From Octopus vulgaris (Eukaryota): DNA of 64,000 bases. Location: positions 16,926,001-16,990,000 of the forward strand of contig OX597823.1 in NCBI GenBank assembly GCA_951406725.2, in the 5' to 3' direction. The notes under the pieces are model-generated. The model was not told the origin of the DNA and made no database searches. It saw only the letters and a list, made by a program, of their open reading frames with translations. Below, in pieces: positions 1-11,493 of this stretch (the stretch's first letter is position 1; each line of letters starts with the position of its first letter). The position numbers and the translations under genes are program-made.

Positions 1-19
1 GCATGTATGTATGTATGTA

Positions 20-92
<73 letters not shown>
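1..92. repeat. (TA)n microsatellite
   Basis: direct read. Confidence 0.95.
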
Positions 93-95
<3 letters not shown>

Positions 96-104
96 CTGTT
101 GCAG

Positions 105-354
105 GTACCAGATGCTGAAAAACAACTCAAGCCAAGGTCACACATCAACACCTCAAGGCTCTAGAAAAGGAAGCCAAAGTCACACATCAACACCTCAAGA
201 CTCTAGAAAAGGAAGCCAAAGTAACACACCAACTCCTCAAGCCAGTAGTAAAAGTAATGACTCTATTCCCATGCAAGATGACAGGTTGGATGACACCTCA
301 GCACCCAGTATCAGATTAGTCCCTCCACGGCAAACCACAGAAATATATTATTAA
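105..354 (+). CDS. Probable terminal coding exon of an unidentified plus-strand gene; S/T/Q-rich tail with 14-aa repeats, ending EIYY*
   Basis: ttgtctgttgcag acceptor after a (TA)n tract, stop-free frame with in-frame 42-bp repeats, TAA followed by ATTAAA motifs; no upstream exons in window. Confidence 0.55.
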
Positions 355-359
355 ATTTA

Positions 360-1640
360 TTCTCATTAAATTTATTAATCTAATTTACATTGAATATTTT
401 TTTTATCGATTACAATAAGTAAAGATTACAACAAATTTTTTTCAGAAATTGCGTAAAAAATCGGATTAAGCACTTTGGCAGCTTGGCTGATTTGGGCAAG
501 TTGGTAGGAGGTCAAAAAATAAAAAGGTCAATAATTGTATAAAAAAACCCCAAAAAATACATATCCTTTGCATGCAAGCAAGGCGGTCATAAATGTATAT
601 AAAAAGTAAATCTCTTTAAGTCTGGCAGCAATGCAGTAACAGAATTTTGAGTATTTTAAAGAACAGTAAAGAATAATTCTAACATTTTCAGGAAGGAGGT
701 AAGAAATTCTATTTAACATACCAAGAGTACGGGTATTTTGTTTTAATAAATTGCTTATATGTGTTTTCAAACTGAGTGACTCATCAATATGAATGCTGAG
801 AAATTTTGTTGATGTTACATGTGAAATTGCTTTACCTGTGGTGAGGACATTAGTCAGAAGCTGTTTGGGCTTTGTGGAGAAAAGCATGGAACAGGTCATT
901 TTTTTATATTAAGGGTAAGCCAGTTAGTGATAAGCCATTGATAAACCCTGTCCAGTTCTGAATTAATTGTATTGAATAGGGAGGGAAGGTCCTGGTGACT
1001 AATAAAAATAGTAGAGTCATCAGCAAAGTGTAGAAAATTTCATAAATTAGTAATGGGCCCAGTACGGACCCCTGGGGGACTCCTAGATTTATAGTAGATA
1101 ATGGTGATTTTGATGTTTGAACAGAAACATACTGTTTGCGCTGTGAGAGGTACGATCTAAACCAACAATATATCTGAATGTACAGAATCGAATGCTTTAC
1201 TGATATCTAAGTAAAGTGCAAGGAAGTATTTAGAGATGTTTAGCGAACTGTTGGCATGATCTAGAAATTCAAGGATTGCATCAGCAGTACTTAAGTTTTC
1301 TCTAAAGCCAACCTGTTTTATAGACTGGAATGACACATGCCATTTTTAGAGAGTTAGGGAATATGCCTTGAGCAACTAATTCAGAAAAGAGCATTGCTAA
1401 TAGGTAAGTTGATTATGTCAACAGACTGTTTGTAAATATATGAAGGGATACTTTCATTTGAGTCTGGTTTATTTTTGAGGGAGTTTATAACGGATCTTAC
1501 TTCGTCTGGGGAAGAAGAAAATGCAAAGAAGAAATTCGGGTTACTAGGGCCCATGTAGAACAATGGGGGCTGGGAGGATAGGGGGGATTTGATTGTTAAG
1601 GTTTGTAGCTATATTAGAGAAGTAATTATTGAAGGCACAG
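360..1640 (-). mobile_element. Decayed non-LTR retrotransposon (CR1/L2 group), RT region and 3' end
   Basis: Minus-strand motifs [38 protein letters not shown], with frameshifts and deletions. Confidence 0.88.
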
Positions 1641-1648
1641 GCTATATC

Positions 1649-1870
1649 TATTTCTTTACTACCCACAAGAGGCTAAACACAGAGAGGACAAACAAGGACA
1701 GACAAACGGATTAAGTCGATTACATCGACCCCAATGCGTAACTGGTATTTATTTTTATCGACCCCGAAAGGATGAAAGGCAAAGTCAACCTCGGCGGAAT
1801 TTGAACGCACAACGTAACAGCAGCCGAAATACCGCAAAGCATTCCACCCGACGTGCTAACGATTCTGCCA
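1649..1870 (-). mobile_element. SINE family C (Nin/Deu-like core GTCGACTTTGCCTTTCATCCTTTCGGGGTCGATAAA)
   Basis: Near-identical to copies at 2170-2401, 13293-13524 and 55465-55700; flanked by GCTATATC direct repeat. Confidence 0.85.
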
Positions 1871-2169
1871 GCTATATCATGTGGGTTGGTAATTTATTTT
1901 CCTGTAAAATTTCATGAGTCGTATGTTTCTTTTTTTGATTGTTTGTGTGTTTCTTGTTTTCCATGTTTTCACTGCATCACCAAGCTGCTGCTGCTGTTGT
2001 TGTCAACTGTGCCGTTGCTGGAGCTGTTGGTGTTGGTGAAGGTGGGGGTGGTGGTAGCATTGGTAATACTATTGCTGTTGCTACTGCTGTCAGAGGTGTC
2101 ATTAGTTGAGCTTATGCTGGTGTTTCTGCTAGGGCCGCCGCTGCTGCTGTTGTTAGTGTTGTTACCAAT

Positions 2170-2401
2170 AGATATTTCTTTACTACCCCACAAGGGGCTA
2201 AACACAGAGGGGACAAACAAGGACAGACAAAGGGATTTAGTCGATTACATCAACCCCAGTGCGTAAATGGTACTTAATTTATCGACCCCGAAAGGATGAA
2301 AGGCAAAGTCGACCTCGGCGGAATTTGAACTCACAACGTCACGACAGACGAAATACAGCTACGCATTTCGCCCGGCGTGCTAACGTTTCTGCCAGCTCGC
2401 C
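2170..2401 (-). mobile_element. SINE family C copy inserted in low-complexity DNA
   Basis: Sequence match to the other family C copies. Confidence 0.85.
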
Positions 2402-2589
2402 GGGTGTCAGCACTGGGTCTGTTTACTGCTGCTACAATTGGTCCTGCCAGTGTGTGAGTGTTGGCAGGTCTTCTACTGTGGACATCAGGGAAGCTGTTGG
2501 GAAGGCTGGTGTTGAAGGCGATGTTAGTGATGATGCTGTCAGGGGTGTCGTTGGTGCTGCAGTTGATGACATCGCTAAAGCTGTCCATG

Positions 2590-3180
2590 GCAGCTACAAC
2601 TACATCAACAACAGCAACAGTGGCAACAACAACAAGTACAGCACCGACATCGCACATCCATGGAAATTCATTCAAGAAACGTTTTTCCCACCATCGGTCC
2701 TCCTTCAGAGTCCCAGAAAGGAGATACGTAACATCGCTGGCCAACCACATTTGGCAACTAAAAGATGATGGAGTTCCATACTTCAGTCTCATGGAAAATT
2801 CTCAAAAACCCAGGCCCCAACATTAATGGGACGAAATACTGCAAGCTATGCATAGGCAAATGCATGAGAATCCTAAGGGACTCAGTTGAGTCAGGGGCTA
2901 TACGTAACACCACAATGGAGATTTTTAGGTTATGTTTGCATTTTAGGAGATTTCTGCAGGGCTTTTGGGAACTGCCAGAAGTTGATAGCTAACAGGAGAG
3001 GAAGATAATGCCCTATTGCATACCCTCACAACTGAATGATGGCAGTATGGGTGGAAGTCAGTAACCATTGACGAAGGGAGATAATCCAGACGTTTTCCGT
3101 CCGTATTTTAAAGAGGTCATAGGTTAAAAGTTCTTGGCAGGTGTCATAAAGTTAAACCCTTTACGGACAGGAAACCCAGA
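2590..3180 (+). mobile_element. Penelope-like retroelement 3' fragment: GIY-YIG endonuclease C-terminus with CxxC...CxH, plus terminal region
   Basis: GNSFKKRFSHHRSSFR..TSLANHIWQLKD, then frameshift to WKILK..YCKLC..CMRIL..EIFRLCLH; this pattern is typical of PLE endonucleases. Confidence 0.8.
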
Positions 3181-3982
3181 ATGTGTATGTGTGTATATAT
3201 ATATATATATTTTTAAAAGTGCATAAAAAATACCCACTACACTCTTGGAGCGGTTGTTTTTAGGAAGGGCATCCAGCTGTAGAAACATTGCCAGATCAGA
3301 TTGGAGCCTGGTGTGGCCTCCTTACTTCCCAGGCCCCAGTCGAACTGTGCCACCGGCACGGAGGCCAGTCGGGGTGGCGTTGGCAACGGCCACGTTTGGA
3401 TGTTTGTCTTACATGCCACCGGCACTGGTATCACAGCTACAATTTCCATTGATGTTGATCGATACAAAGATACTACTCAACAGAGTCTTTATCACAAATG
3501 ATATATTTGCACCATTGTTGAACTCAGTTCTTGAATCTTCAAAAATTATTCACGTGTGCACTGTTGTGCCCTCTTCCTAACAGTCACTTTCACCTTGCCT
3601 GTATCATCAAATCTTTGCCCCTAAAGACTACCTTTCATTGGGCTGAACATTGGATGGGAGACCACTGACCAGCTCAGCTTGTTCATTGCCTGGTTTGTTA
3701 CTAAAGATGCATATGGTCATGTATTGTTATGGTGAATGTTGTCTGTTTTCAATCTCTTGTTCAGTTTTTTTCCTTTCTTCTTTGAGTGTCTCAATGTACT
3801 GCTCACTTTTCTCAGTACTGTCACAACACAGAAAATCAAGGAGAATGATGTCCTTGTAATCCTCCAAAATAGTCACTGTGGCTTTCTGTATCAAACACTG
3901 GCTCTTGAACTTCTTAGGCCTTGGAGATGAGATGTGATGTCATTCTATGAACTAAGCCTTTGTTTCTGGATTATAAAGATAT

Positions 3983-4537
3983 ACTCTTTACTCTTTTACT
4001 TGTTTCAGTCATGTGACTGTGGCCATAGTGGAGCACCACTTTTAGTCGAGCAAATCAACCCCAGGACTTGTTCTTTGTAAGCCTAGTATTTATTCTATCG
4101 ATCTCTTTTGCCGAACCGCTAAGTTATGAGGACGTAAACACACCAGCATCGGGACAAACACAGATAGACAAACATATACACACACACACACACATAAATA
4201 TATATAAATATAAATATATGTACGACGGGCTTCTTTCAGTTTCTGTCTACTAAATCCACTCAGAAGGCTTTGGTTGGACCGAGGCTATAGTAGAAGACAC
4301 TTGCCCAAGGTGTCAAGCAGTGTTGGCGGGGACAAACACAGATGCACAAACATACACACACACACACACACACACATATCTATACATATATACGATGGGC
4401 TTCTTTCAGTTTCCGTCTACTAAATCCATTCAGAAGGCTTTGGTTGGTCCGAGGCTATAGTAGAAGACACTTGCCCAAGGTGTCACACAGTGGGACTGAA
4501 CCCAGAGCCATGTGGTTGGTAAGTAAGCTACTTACCA
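3983..4537 (-). mobile_element. SINE family B (head GGCGCAGGAGTGGCTGTGTGG, central TA/TG microsatellite), here with an internal duplication
   Basis: Matches copies at 19350-19771, 28967-29364, 46631-47038, 47460-47877, 52491-52910, 54606-54940. Confidence 0.82.
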
Positions 4538-5409
4538 CGTCCATGTTTCATACCCTGTCAGCATACATATCAGAAAAAGAATGCGTCTTCATTGGTTTTA
4601 AATGCATCCACCAGATCAGAGTGAACATTTCTCACTTTCAAACTGGATGTCAGTTCCTACAATACCCCCTTTGCATACCCTTTCTAATACCCAAAGTCTT
4701 TCACCATCTTCTGTAATACAAAATAACTGCAGTGCAGTTGAGCAGCAATAATTACGTCCCTTTATTTTTCAGCTCTGATCGCAAAGATCATTGCTCAGAG
4801 GCGAGAAAATAGTACCAGTTATATACTGTATTGATTACCTCTCTCCTCTGTAAGATTGTATGATTTTTGCGCCAATGTAAAGAAGGCATTACGATTGTTG
4901 TTGAACTGTAGATGTCTAATTTTATGAAGTAAAAAGTTTGTGTTACGTAACTATTGCGGATCATTTTCGTTTTCTTCCAACTACTTGAAGATTTTTCAAT
5001 TCTCAATGGATTGTTTTAAAATTTTCCACAACTATATTGCTGCTTTTTGTTTATGATCCAGATACTAGACTCTCTATCTCCCCCTTTCTTTCTAGCGCGT
5101 TCACCTAACTGTCAAACAAGAATCACAGAAAGTGGAGTAACAGCATTGTAAAACTGATGTGTTTCAATGACTTGCAGTGACTTAAATAACTTCAAAAACT
5201 TACTTTAGTTGTATGTAGGTGCTATGAGAAGTAAAACTATCTTTAAAAAAATTACAGATTTTTTTTTTCCAATGAGAGTTACCTCCCCGAATTAGAGCCG
5301 GATTTTTTTTTCCTTTATATAGTTTGATGTTTAGTTTGGCTGCCTGGCTGGATATTCTGTTAGTTGAAACAATCGTTAACTGTTACTATTACTGCTTCCT
5401 ACACCACTT

Positions 5410-6110
5410 GATACAAAGGGCTTCAACAATTTGTCGCTAGCCTTGTCTATTTTGTGCTTCTAATCTGGCCTCCTCTGAGGATCGTTTCTATTGTTCTCTT
5501 TTACTTTAAGATATTAAGCTGGCCTTCAGGTTGTGGCCGAAGTACGTGGCCCAGCTATCGCCACTTTACTCTTCATTATTTCTTCCTTATTTATTTATAG
5601 GAAATTTTCTAGTACTCAACACTTCGTTTCTCAACAATGATGCCTTTTTGATTCCCTAAGATTTCTTTATTTTCGAGGCCCCTAAAACAATTAGTTCTGA
5701 TTTGCTGCCACGGTTCTTCAAATATGTAACATTTCTTAATAGCGACGTATGCATTAAATTTTCATACGAATCCCTAAGATATTTCCATACATTTGAAAGC
5801 ACTCCTTTTACTTGATTTGTCCTCTTAAATCTTTCGTTAATTTCAGCTTCAAAAGCATCTTGTTCTATAAAAGTTTCAAGATATTTAAACTCGTTTTACT
5901 CTTCTCGCAGTTTACCCATCCAATGACACATTTCTTCAATCCCCTTAAGCTTCACAGTTTTAGTTTTAGTGATGTTTATCTTTAAAAGCCACACCTTATC
6001 CAGGCTTGTCTAATTTTTGTAGTATGATCGCAACCTCAAGCTGTATAGTTTACCTTTTCATGGAGGTAACATTCTTTTCAGTTTTGTGAATAATTTCCTT
6101 TATCAATAAA
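5410..6110 (-). mobile_element. Decayed RTE-like LINE RT C-terminal fragment
   Basis: Minus-strand LKINITKTK..NEFKYLETFI..EAEINERF pattern with stops. Confidence 0.6.
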
Positions 6111-6315
6111 TTTCAAGCATAAGTAGAAAAGTCAGTAATGTGCATGTTTTATCAGCAGATTATGTCACTAATTCTCCTTGGATCTATAGTTTCATTCCTC
6201 CAATGGTCTTATGAGAGAATTTGATTTTGAGTCAGAATTTCTTATATTTGTACCAAAAGAATATATCCTTATTGCAAGTGCATGTGGGTGATGGGTAACA
6301 GATTACTAATTCAGA

Positions 6316-6715
6316 GTGTGGGCGCAATGGTCCAGTGGTTAGGGCAGTCATAGGACTCGCGGTCATAGGATCGCGGTTTCGATTCCCAGACCGGGCGTTG
6401 TGAGTGTTTATTGAGCGAAAACACCTAAAAAGCTCCACGAGGCTCCGGCAGGGGATGGTGGTGATCCCTGCTGTACTCTTTCACCACAACTTTCTCTCAC
6501 TCTTACTTCCTGTTTCTGTTGTACCTGTATTTCATAGGGCCGGCCTTGTCACTCTCTGTGTCACGCTGAATATCCCCGAGAACTACGTTAAGGGTGCACG
6601 TGTCTACGGAGTGCTCAGCCACTTACACGTTAATTTCACGAGCAGGCTGTTCCGTTGATTCGGATCAACCGGAACCCTCATCGTCGTAACCGACGGAGTG
6701 CTTCCATCCCCATCC
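6316..6715 (+). mobile_element. SINE family A (tRNA-derived head with A/B boxes), tail type 1
   Basis: A box TGGTCCAGTGG, B box GGTTTCGATTCC, 14-bp TSD ATTACTAATTCAGA (6302-6315 / 6716-6729). Confidence 0.9.
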
Positions 6716-8283
6716 ATTACTAATTCAGAAAAGCAGGAACTGCTATAGGAGTGGGAGAAGGGTCAGAGTATGTGTTGGGGATATAGCACACTGGTGCTCT
6801 ACTCTTTGTGAATGAAGCACCAACACTTGTCTATTACACAATCTCCCAATTACTTACAGCCATGAATTATAATTCCTTTTGGCATATATTATAATTAGGG
6901 AGTTGAGCTATTGAAAAAGTAATACTTTTATTTTTCAGATTATTTCAGTGGTGGTCTATATTGACAAAAACAATAAGTTAATAAGTTCCCTAAAAATAAT
7001 TTTGTATGTAGTGAACAGAGGTGATTATTTCATTTTTTTTTTCTTCAATCTTTGACCCCTCCTTAAATATCAGGATTTACTTCTTTTCAAGAGATATGAA
7101 TTTATTTTACTTTACATATTTTATTGTGGTTAGAGCAGTGGATTCATGGTCGAGGAATCGCGGGTTCAAATCTCAGACCGGGCGATGTGTATTTATGAGC
7201 GAAACACCTAAGCTCCGGCAGAAGGTAATGGTAAACTTCTGCTGACTCTTTCGCCACAACTTTCTCTCACTCTTTTCTCCTGCATCTTGCAGCTCACCTG
7301 CAACGGACTGGCGTTCCATCCAGGTGGGGAACCTATACGCCAAGGAAACCAGTCCTTATGAGCCAGGCATGGCTTGAGAGAAAAAAAAAAATATTTTATT
7401 ACATGTACCAATACCAGTTTTTGATCCATGCATAAATTATTTAAAATGAAGGAAAAATGGCTGTTAAATAAATTAGAAGCAGAAGAAACCAGGATTGCCA
7501 TTATCTTGGGCTGGAGGAAAAGGCTGTACTCACAGCCTGCACAGGATTTCTGAGATTAATGTGGTTGATTTTCTTCTTGAAGAATCTATAAGTTGATGGT
7601 TACAGGAAAACCATAGGCAGGGAGGGAATTCCAGGAGAAAGATGTTCTGGGGTGCAAGGACTGGATGTAAAAGTTAGTGCAGTGTCAAGACAGAGTGAGA
7701 GTAGAAAGAAAATGGTTTTAGGAGAGCAGAGTAAGTAGGATGAATCTGAGTAGAAGTAGTATAAGATCAGCCTGCTACAAGAATCAGAAGCCACTGTACA
7801 AGTTGTAGAAGCAGAGTGGTAAGACAACATTGTCTGTGGATCAGAGTTTGGAGTGTAAGTGTATTGATGAGTGATTGTATGCTAATTAGTCAGGCAGCCA
7901 TTTTGGGGATGCAGACCTCATAGGCTGCATCCCCAGAATGGCCACCTGACATTAGCATTGTATGGCATCAACATTGTCCCACAAAGTATTCTATTGGGGG
8001 CTTCATCTGAGTTTTGTAGAGAGTTAATAATAACTGTTGGGAGTTGGAAGTATTTTCTCACCTGAAAGAGGAACACCAGTATTTGATAAAGTAAATACAA
8101 CTATGAAAAATATTTGCATTTTTATTCTGATTAAACTACCGTCTTTGGAGTAAAGCCTTTAAATGCTGTCACCTGTTTTAGCATCTTGACTGTCACCCAC
8201 TCCCACTCTGTTGTTTTATTCTTCTTTCCTTCAAGTGTGACTGACAGGGCACATTATGAAGTTCTTGAGTTCTAGAAGTACTG

Positions 8284-8620
8284 TATTCCATCCACACGTA
8301 ACAAGAAAACTTTTCACATACCCTACCCCAACAAACCAAACTACATCTCTTCTCTTCTTCACATTTCCTCTTTCATGCACTATGCTTACCTCTCACTCCC
8401 CAATCCTGTCCTCTTGGCTCTCTGTTTCACTGTATCATTGCTCTCCGCTAGCCCCTGATCTGTGTGTTCCACCCACATGTAACAAGAAAACTTTTCCTTC
8501 ACCCTACCCCAACAAACTAATCTACATCTCTTCTCTTTCTCATATTTGCTCTTTCATGCACTATGCTTACCTCTCACTCCTGTCCCTGTTTCTCTGTATC
8601 ATTGCTATCCAGTAGCCCAC
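8284..8620 (+). repeat. Diverged tandem duplication, unit about 180 bp
   Basis: GTAACAAGAAAACTTTTC...CATGCACTATGCTTACCTCTCACTCC occurs twice in tandem. Confidence 0.75.
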
Positions 8621-9696
8621 CCCACCAACTCTATATACCCAGGTTTTCACCACTCACTGCATTCCTCTCAAATCACACTTCTTTGGCAATGTCCTGCCAC
8701 TTATAACATGACATTCAAACCTCAAGAATTCACCATGGCACTTGCCACCATCTATATCTCTCTCTTCCTTTACTTGACCATTCCATTTATATTCTGATTC
8801 CCGTCCCTTGTGAGTATGCCTGGAACTTTGCCACCACCTCTATCTTGTTGTCTCCCTCTCTCTCTCTCTCCTTCTCCTGTTCTTCCCCCAGGTTGGGTAA
8901 CCATGTATCTCCTTTACGGCAGCACACCTGTTTCTGTACTCATCTCTGATCTCTTTCTGGCAGGGTAACCTTGTACCTCTTCTACAATAAGGCACCTGTT
9001 TCTCTCTCACTATAACCTTTCATCATCTGACACAAGATCACCTCCTCCAATGCCCCCTCCCTATCAAAAGATTTTTGTCTTGCAAGGTACTTGGTGACCC
9101 TGTCAATGCAGGTGCTACAAAAAAAGCATCCAGTCTACACTGCAAAGTGGTTGGCATTTGGAAGGGCATCCAGCTGTAAAAACCTTGACAAAACTGACCT
9201 CACCTGTACTTGTGCCATGTAAAAAGCACTCAGTCCACTCTGCTGGGTGGTTGGTGTAAGAAGGGCATCCAGCTGTAAAAATCATACCAAAACAGACACA
9301 GAAGTCTGGTGCAGGCTTCTGCTTGTCTGGCTCCTGTCAAACCATCTCACCCATGCCAGGATGGAAGGCAGAGATTAAATGATGATGAATATATGGCATA
9401 GGAGTGAGCCACACAAAACTTTTACTGGATCACTGTGTCATATGTATACCTAATAAAATAAATTATGACACCGTGAGTACAAGATACCAGGAACAAGGAA
9501 GCTATTGAACTTGTCTGTAATTTGCTACACTAGTTTTTCTTTTAAGTTCAAAATGAATTAATGTTTGGGCACTGATTTGGGGTTTATTTAGCTGTTAACT
9601 TTGGGTTCGCTACAGACACAAAAAATACAGTTGGTTATGGTAGAAAAAGATAGTACATCACTGAATTAGATTGAAAATACATATTACTACTAATAT

Positions 9697-9988
9697 CACC
9701 GTGACCAACCAGGCTATCAGATGTTGCTACATGTTGCTGGTCACAATGCGCTTCACATTGTTTTAGCCTTCAAATCACGCCATCCCACTGGCTAAGCAAG
9801 CAGGCCAACAGAAGAAAGAGTGAGAGAAGGTTGTGGCGAAAGAGTACAGGAGGGATCACCACCACCCCCTGCCGGAACCTCGTGGAGCTTTAGGTGTTTT
9901 CGCTCAATAAACACTCACAACGAAATCGAAACCACGATCCTACAACCGCAAGTCTGCTGCCTTAACCACTGGGCCATTGCGCCTCCAC
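9697..9988 (-). mobile_element. SINE family A, tail type 2
   Basis: Same head as 6316; TSD ATTACTACTAATAT; tail shared with 23325-23622 and 48591-48882. Confidence 0.88.
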
Positions 9989-10073
9989 ATTACTACTAAT
10001 ATAATATACTACTATAGCAGCAACAACAAAATAAAGTTAATATTTCTGTGAAAAATTGTTAAATTCAAGAAAA

Positions 10074-10468
10074 TCTATATATATAAAGCTGAAGTTGTCT
10101 GTGTATGGCAGGCTTGGTAGCCTTCAACTAACACTATCTCCTTCGAGACCCTGCGGCACAAGTTGACCAAAATTGAGAGTATGATAGAAGAAGGATTGCT
10201 CTTCCTTCCATAGAAGATAAAATTCAAATCGGACCATGTTAACACCAAAAATTATTTACATCAAAAAGGTGCTTTTTTTCTATGAAAATCCCTATTTTTT
10301 ATGGTTTTTTGACTGCTGTCGTCATTTTTCGGTGTATTTCAACCAGAAAAATGTTCACTTAAAGAGAATAACAAGCTACATAATGCAAAATTTTTACTTT
10401 TCAAAAAATTCTAATTCTAAAGGGTTGAAAAGAAAACAAGCCCGAGCAATGCTGGGCTATACTGCTAG
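10074..10468 (+). mobile_element. Non-autonomous Helitron
   Basis: A|TCTATATATATAAAG 5' end, subterminal hairpin CCCGAGCAATGCTGGG, CTAG|T 3' end, no TSD. Confidence 0.82.
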
Positions 10469-11265
10469 TTATAAAATAAAATAACAACAGAAACAAATTA
10501 GGAATTTAAAATATAATTTTAAACAAAAAGAAATAAAATTCCACAAAATAAAAAGATTAAAGATTAACAAAAAATATGGAAAACAAAAGTTTATTCACAT
10601 GTTCCTTTATTGTTCCTGAATATAACTGGAATTAATTTAAATTGTACTTTCTGTTTTTTGTTTTTTTTCTGTATCAGGAAGACTTCAGTTACATATTTGT
10701 AAACCTTGACTTATTTTTTTCTTCAATCCAAAACATTTGTCAATAGACCAATGGCAAAATAAATGGAATTGTATTCACTACTCACTCATTCATGCATATA
10801 AACATATACATCCACACACATGGATATTGAGGCAGCTCTATTAATGTAAGTGTGAATACCATAACCCACTGTGCTCATAAATGCATAGTTTGAAAACTGT
10901 CTTTATGTAAGGGGTAAGTACAAGTAGAGTATCCCTTGTTAAACTATGATCATAGGAGTTAAACTTAATACTGTAAGCTAACAAAACACTTCAAAATTAC
11001 TTTGTCATCTTACTGCTCACAACAGTATATTTTACCACACATGGTTCTTAGAGCTAGGTGAACTGGACAATTCAAGAATAAAATTGTCATGATCTCATTT
11101 ACAATGCTGTGCTGGTGAAATTATGCAAACTGTTGAGCACTTTGGCTGCTAGCTTAAATTACCCTTGACTTCACTAATTATGACTTAGCAACATCTTTCA
11201 CTTATCCTTAAGAGAAAAGGCAGTGCTTAAGATCCCTTACAAAGTAAGGAGAGAGGAAGGTATCT

Positions 11266-11493
11266 TTAACCCTTTAGTGTTTAAACCGGCCATATCTGGA
11301 CAAAATATTCTACCTATTTTATGTTCAACCTAGTCAGATATAGTCATTCATAGCTATCTTATTGTGTCATTTTAAAAATAAACAATCACATCATTGAAAT
11401 CTCAAAGCCATGAAATGATACAAGATTAATTTTACATGGTGTGAATACATAAGCTTTACATTTGACAGAATAATCTGAATGCTAAAGGGTTAA
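11266..11493. mobile_element. TTAA-targeting (piggyBac-like) MITE; same family at 34923-35138, 44347-44576, 49974-50591
   Basis: TTAACCCTTTAG...CTAAAGGGTTAA termini. Confidence 0.8.

Noticed and set aside
1853-2266. Leu/Val-rich membrane-protein-like ORF
   Set aside because: Antisense reading of a trinucleotide-rich tract running into a SINE.
3030-3075. Possible SECIS (AUGA...AA...UGA) after the PLE ORF
   Set aside because: Helix II pairs poorly, spacing to AA is too long, and no in-frame UGA is visible.
4750-5310. Possible DNA transposon or pseudogene fragment on the minus strand
   Set aside because: Stops in the frames examined and no motif or TIR pair I could confirm.
6316-6395. tRNA gene-like sequences with A and B boxes (also 23325, 48591, 52945)
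   Set aside because: They continue into multi-copy SINE bodies with TSDs, and I could not fold a clean cloverleaf with a terminator; these are SINE heads.
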